Source: the human T2T-CHM13v2.0 reference genome, Homo sapiens. From it: a stretch of DNA of 64,000 bases. Numbering within the stretch: position 1 is the first letter of the stretch; every line of letters begins with the position of its first letter. Below are positions 60,896 through 64,000 of the stretch, one piece after another. Position numbers and translations under genes: made by a program. The stretch lies in the NCBI RefSeq assembly GCF_009914755.1, contig NC_060945.1; one strand, written 5' to 3'. The notes under the pieces are model-generated. The model was not told the DNA's origin and ran no database searches. It worked only from the letters and a program-made list of their open reading frames with translations.

Positions 60896-61765
60896 AGGGG
60901 AGGGGAGATCAGGTGAGTTAAACTGGATTTGGGGGGGAATGTTGGCCAAGTGGCAGGCAGGGTGGGCCTGGGCCTGAGGGAAGCCATGGACCCCTAGACT
61001 TGTTCCTGCTGACAGAGCGCCAGTGGCTGGGCAGGAGCATGAGCAAGGTGGGTTTGCATCTGTCACTGGAGGAGCGCTCCGAATGCTTCTCAGGACAAAA
61101 GCAGGAGGCTGCCATTGTTCACAGGATGTGAGATCTAATATGGTTCAGGCTGGGGCAAATCAGTGAAGATCAAAATCCCTCATCTTCCACAATGAGGGAC
61201 TAGAATCAAAGGTGGATGTGCTCCCGCCTGCTCACAAAGGGTCCTCACATGCCCCAGGGCCCTCCGCTGGGGCACAGTCCACATTAGGCGACACACAAAC
61301 AGCCTGAGGGTGCCCAGTCACTGAGCAGCCCCAGACGCTGTGCCGTTACCGGCAGGCAGGGCCCTGCAGGAGACCTTCGCCTGCCCGGACCAGAGAGGCT
61401 GCAGGGGTGCTGTGGGGAGAGGGCCAGATGGCCGCAACACAGCTGGGAATGGCTCCAGAGGGGAGGGTGGAGAGTGCGCTGGCCCCTGGGAGGACTCAGA
61501 GAGGAGTTGCGTGTGTTTGGCGCTTGTGGACATGGTGTGTGGCAGTGTGAGCCAACAGGCCAACGGGCGGCAAGCATAGGAGGCTTTATGGATCCCCCTG
61601 AAGAACCACTGTGTGGAGGGGAAATGGCCCCCTGCGAGGAAAGTCCTAGCAGCCGGTGGAGCGCAACCAGATGCGGGCCCAGACTGATGGGGTCTCCATG
61701 GGAGCCCAGGTGGGAGGTGGAGGAGAAGGGAGACAGTGAGAAGGTTGTCACCAGGCCCTCACTAA

Positions 61766-63714
<1,949 letters not shown>

Positions 63715-64000
63715 TCACTTTCTATTCTACCATATGTGTTGAAAAGACCTATTTTTCCCTAACTGGCAGTGAAACATCATTAAATATATGTACACATATA
63801 TACACACACACAATATAGCATGTACACTTAACACACGTCCATGCATGAGTACTGAGAGAGCTTGGGCAAGTCAGGGAAGACCCTTATCTGAAGGACATAC
63901 CCTTGGTGCCATTTGGGAGAACAAACTCCTGTTACTAGCATCACAACAAAAACAGGTGGCAAGCTTTAAAGATAAACTCAAGACAGCGAGTGAAACTTCA

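Overview
Primate (almost certainly human) repeat-rich, segmentally duplicated DNA containing the 5' part of a BAGE-family cancer/testis gene on the minus strand; the exon peptides best fit BAGE2 as I recall it. Exon 1 lies at ~49803/49823/49843-50057 and exon 2 at 48666-48766. Exon 3 (8475-8637) is a copy of KMT2C/MLL3 exon 7 (PHD region) read in a shifted frame, and the gene continues past the left edge. The window looks like a mosaic of three blocks. (1) 1-48662 is AT-rich KMT2C-type intronic DNA full of Alu, L1, L2, Tigger1, Charlie and MaLR fossils, with a 1.2-kb (ACC/TGG)n tract. (2) 48663-58272 is a cassette holding BAGE exons 1-2, a palindromic six-CCAAT bidirectional promoter (REP522-like), a purine-rich repeat, L1/MST remnants and an ANKRD18/20A-type 5' end cut off before its ATG. 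(3) 58273-64000 is an Alu-dense, GC-rich block of unidentified origin. Both ends of the cassette fall in truncated Alus. Main observations: the left junction appears to build the exon-2 donor/stop; exon 1 ends in a 20-bp tandem unit in which three copies each carry an ATG plus a splice donor; and exon 2 acts as a frame switch, so skipping it or using an internal donor would restore the KMT2C PHD frame. Gene and repeat names come from recognition, not from database searches, and repeat boundaries are approximate.
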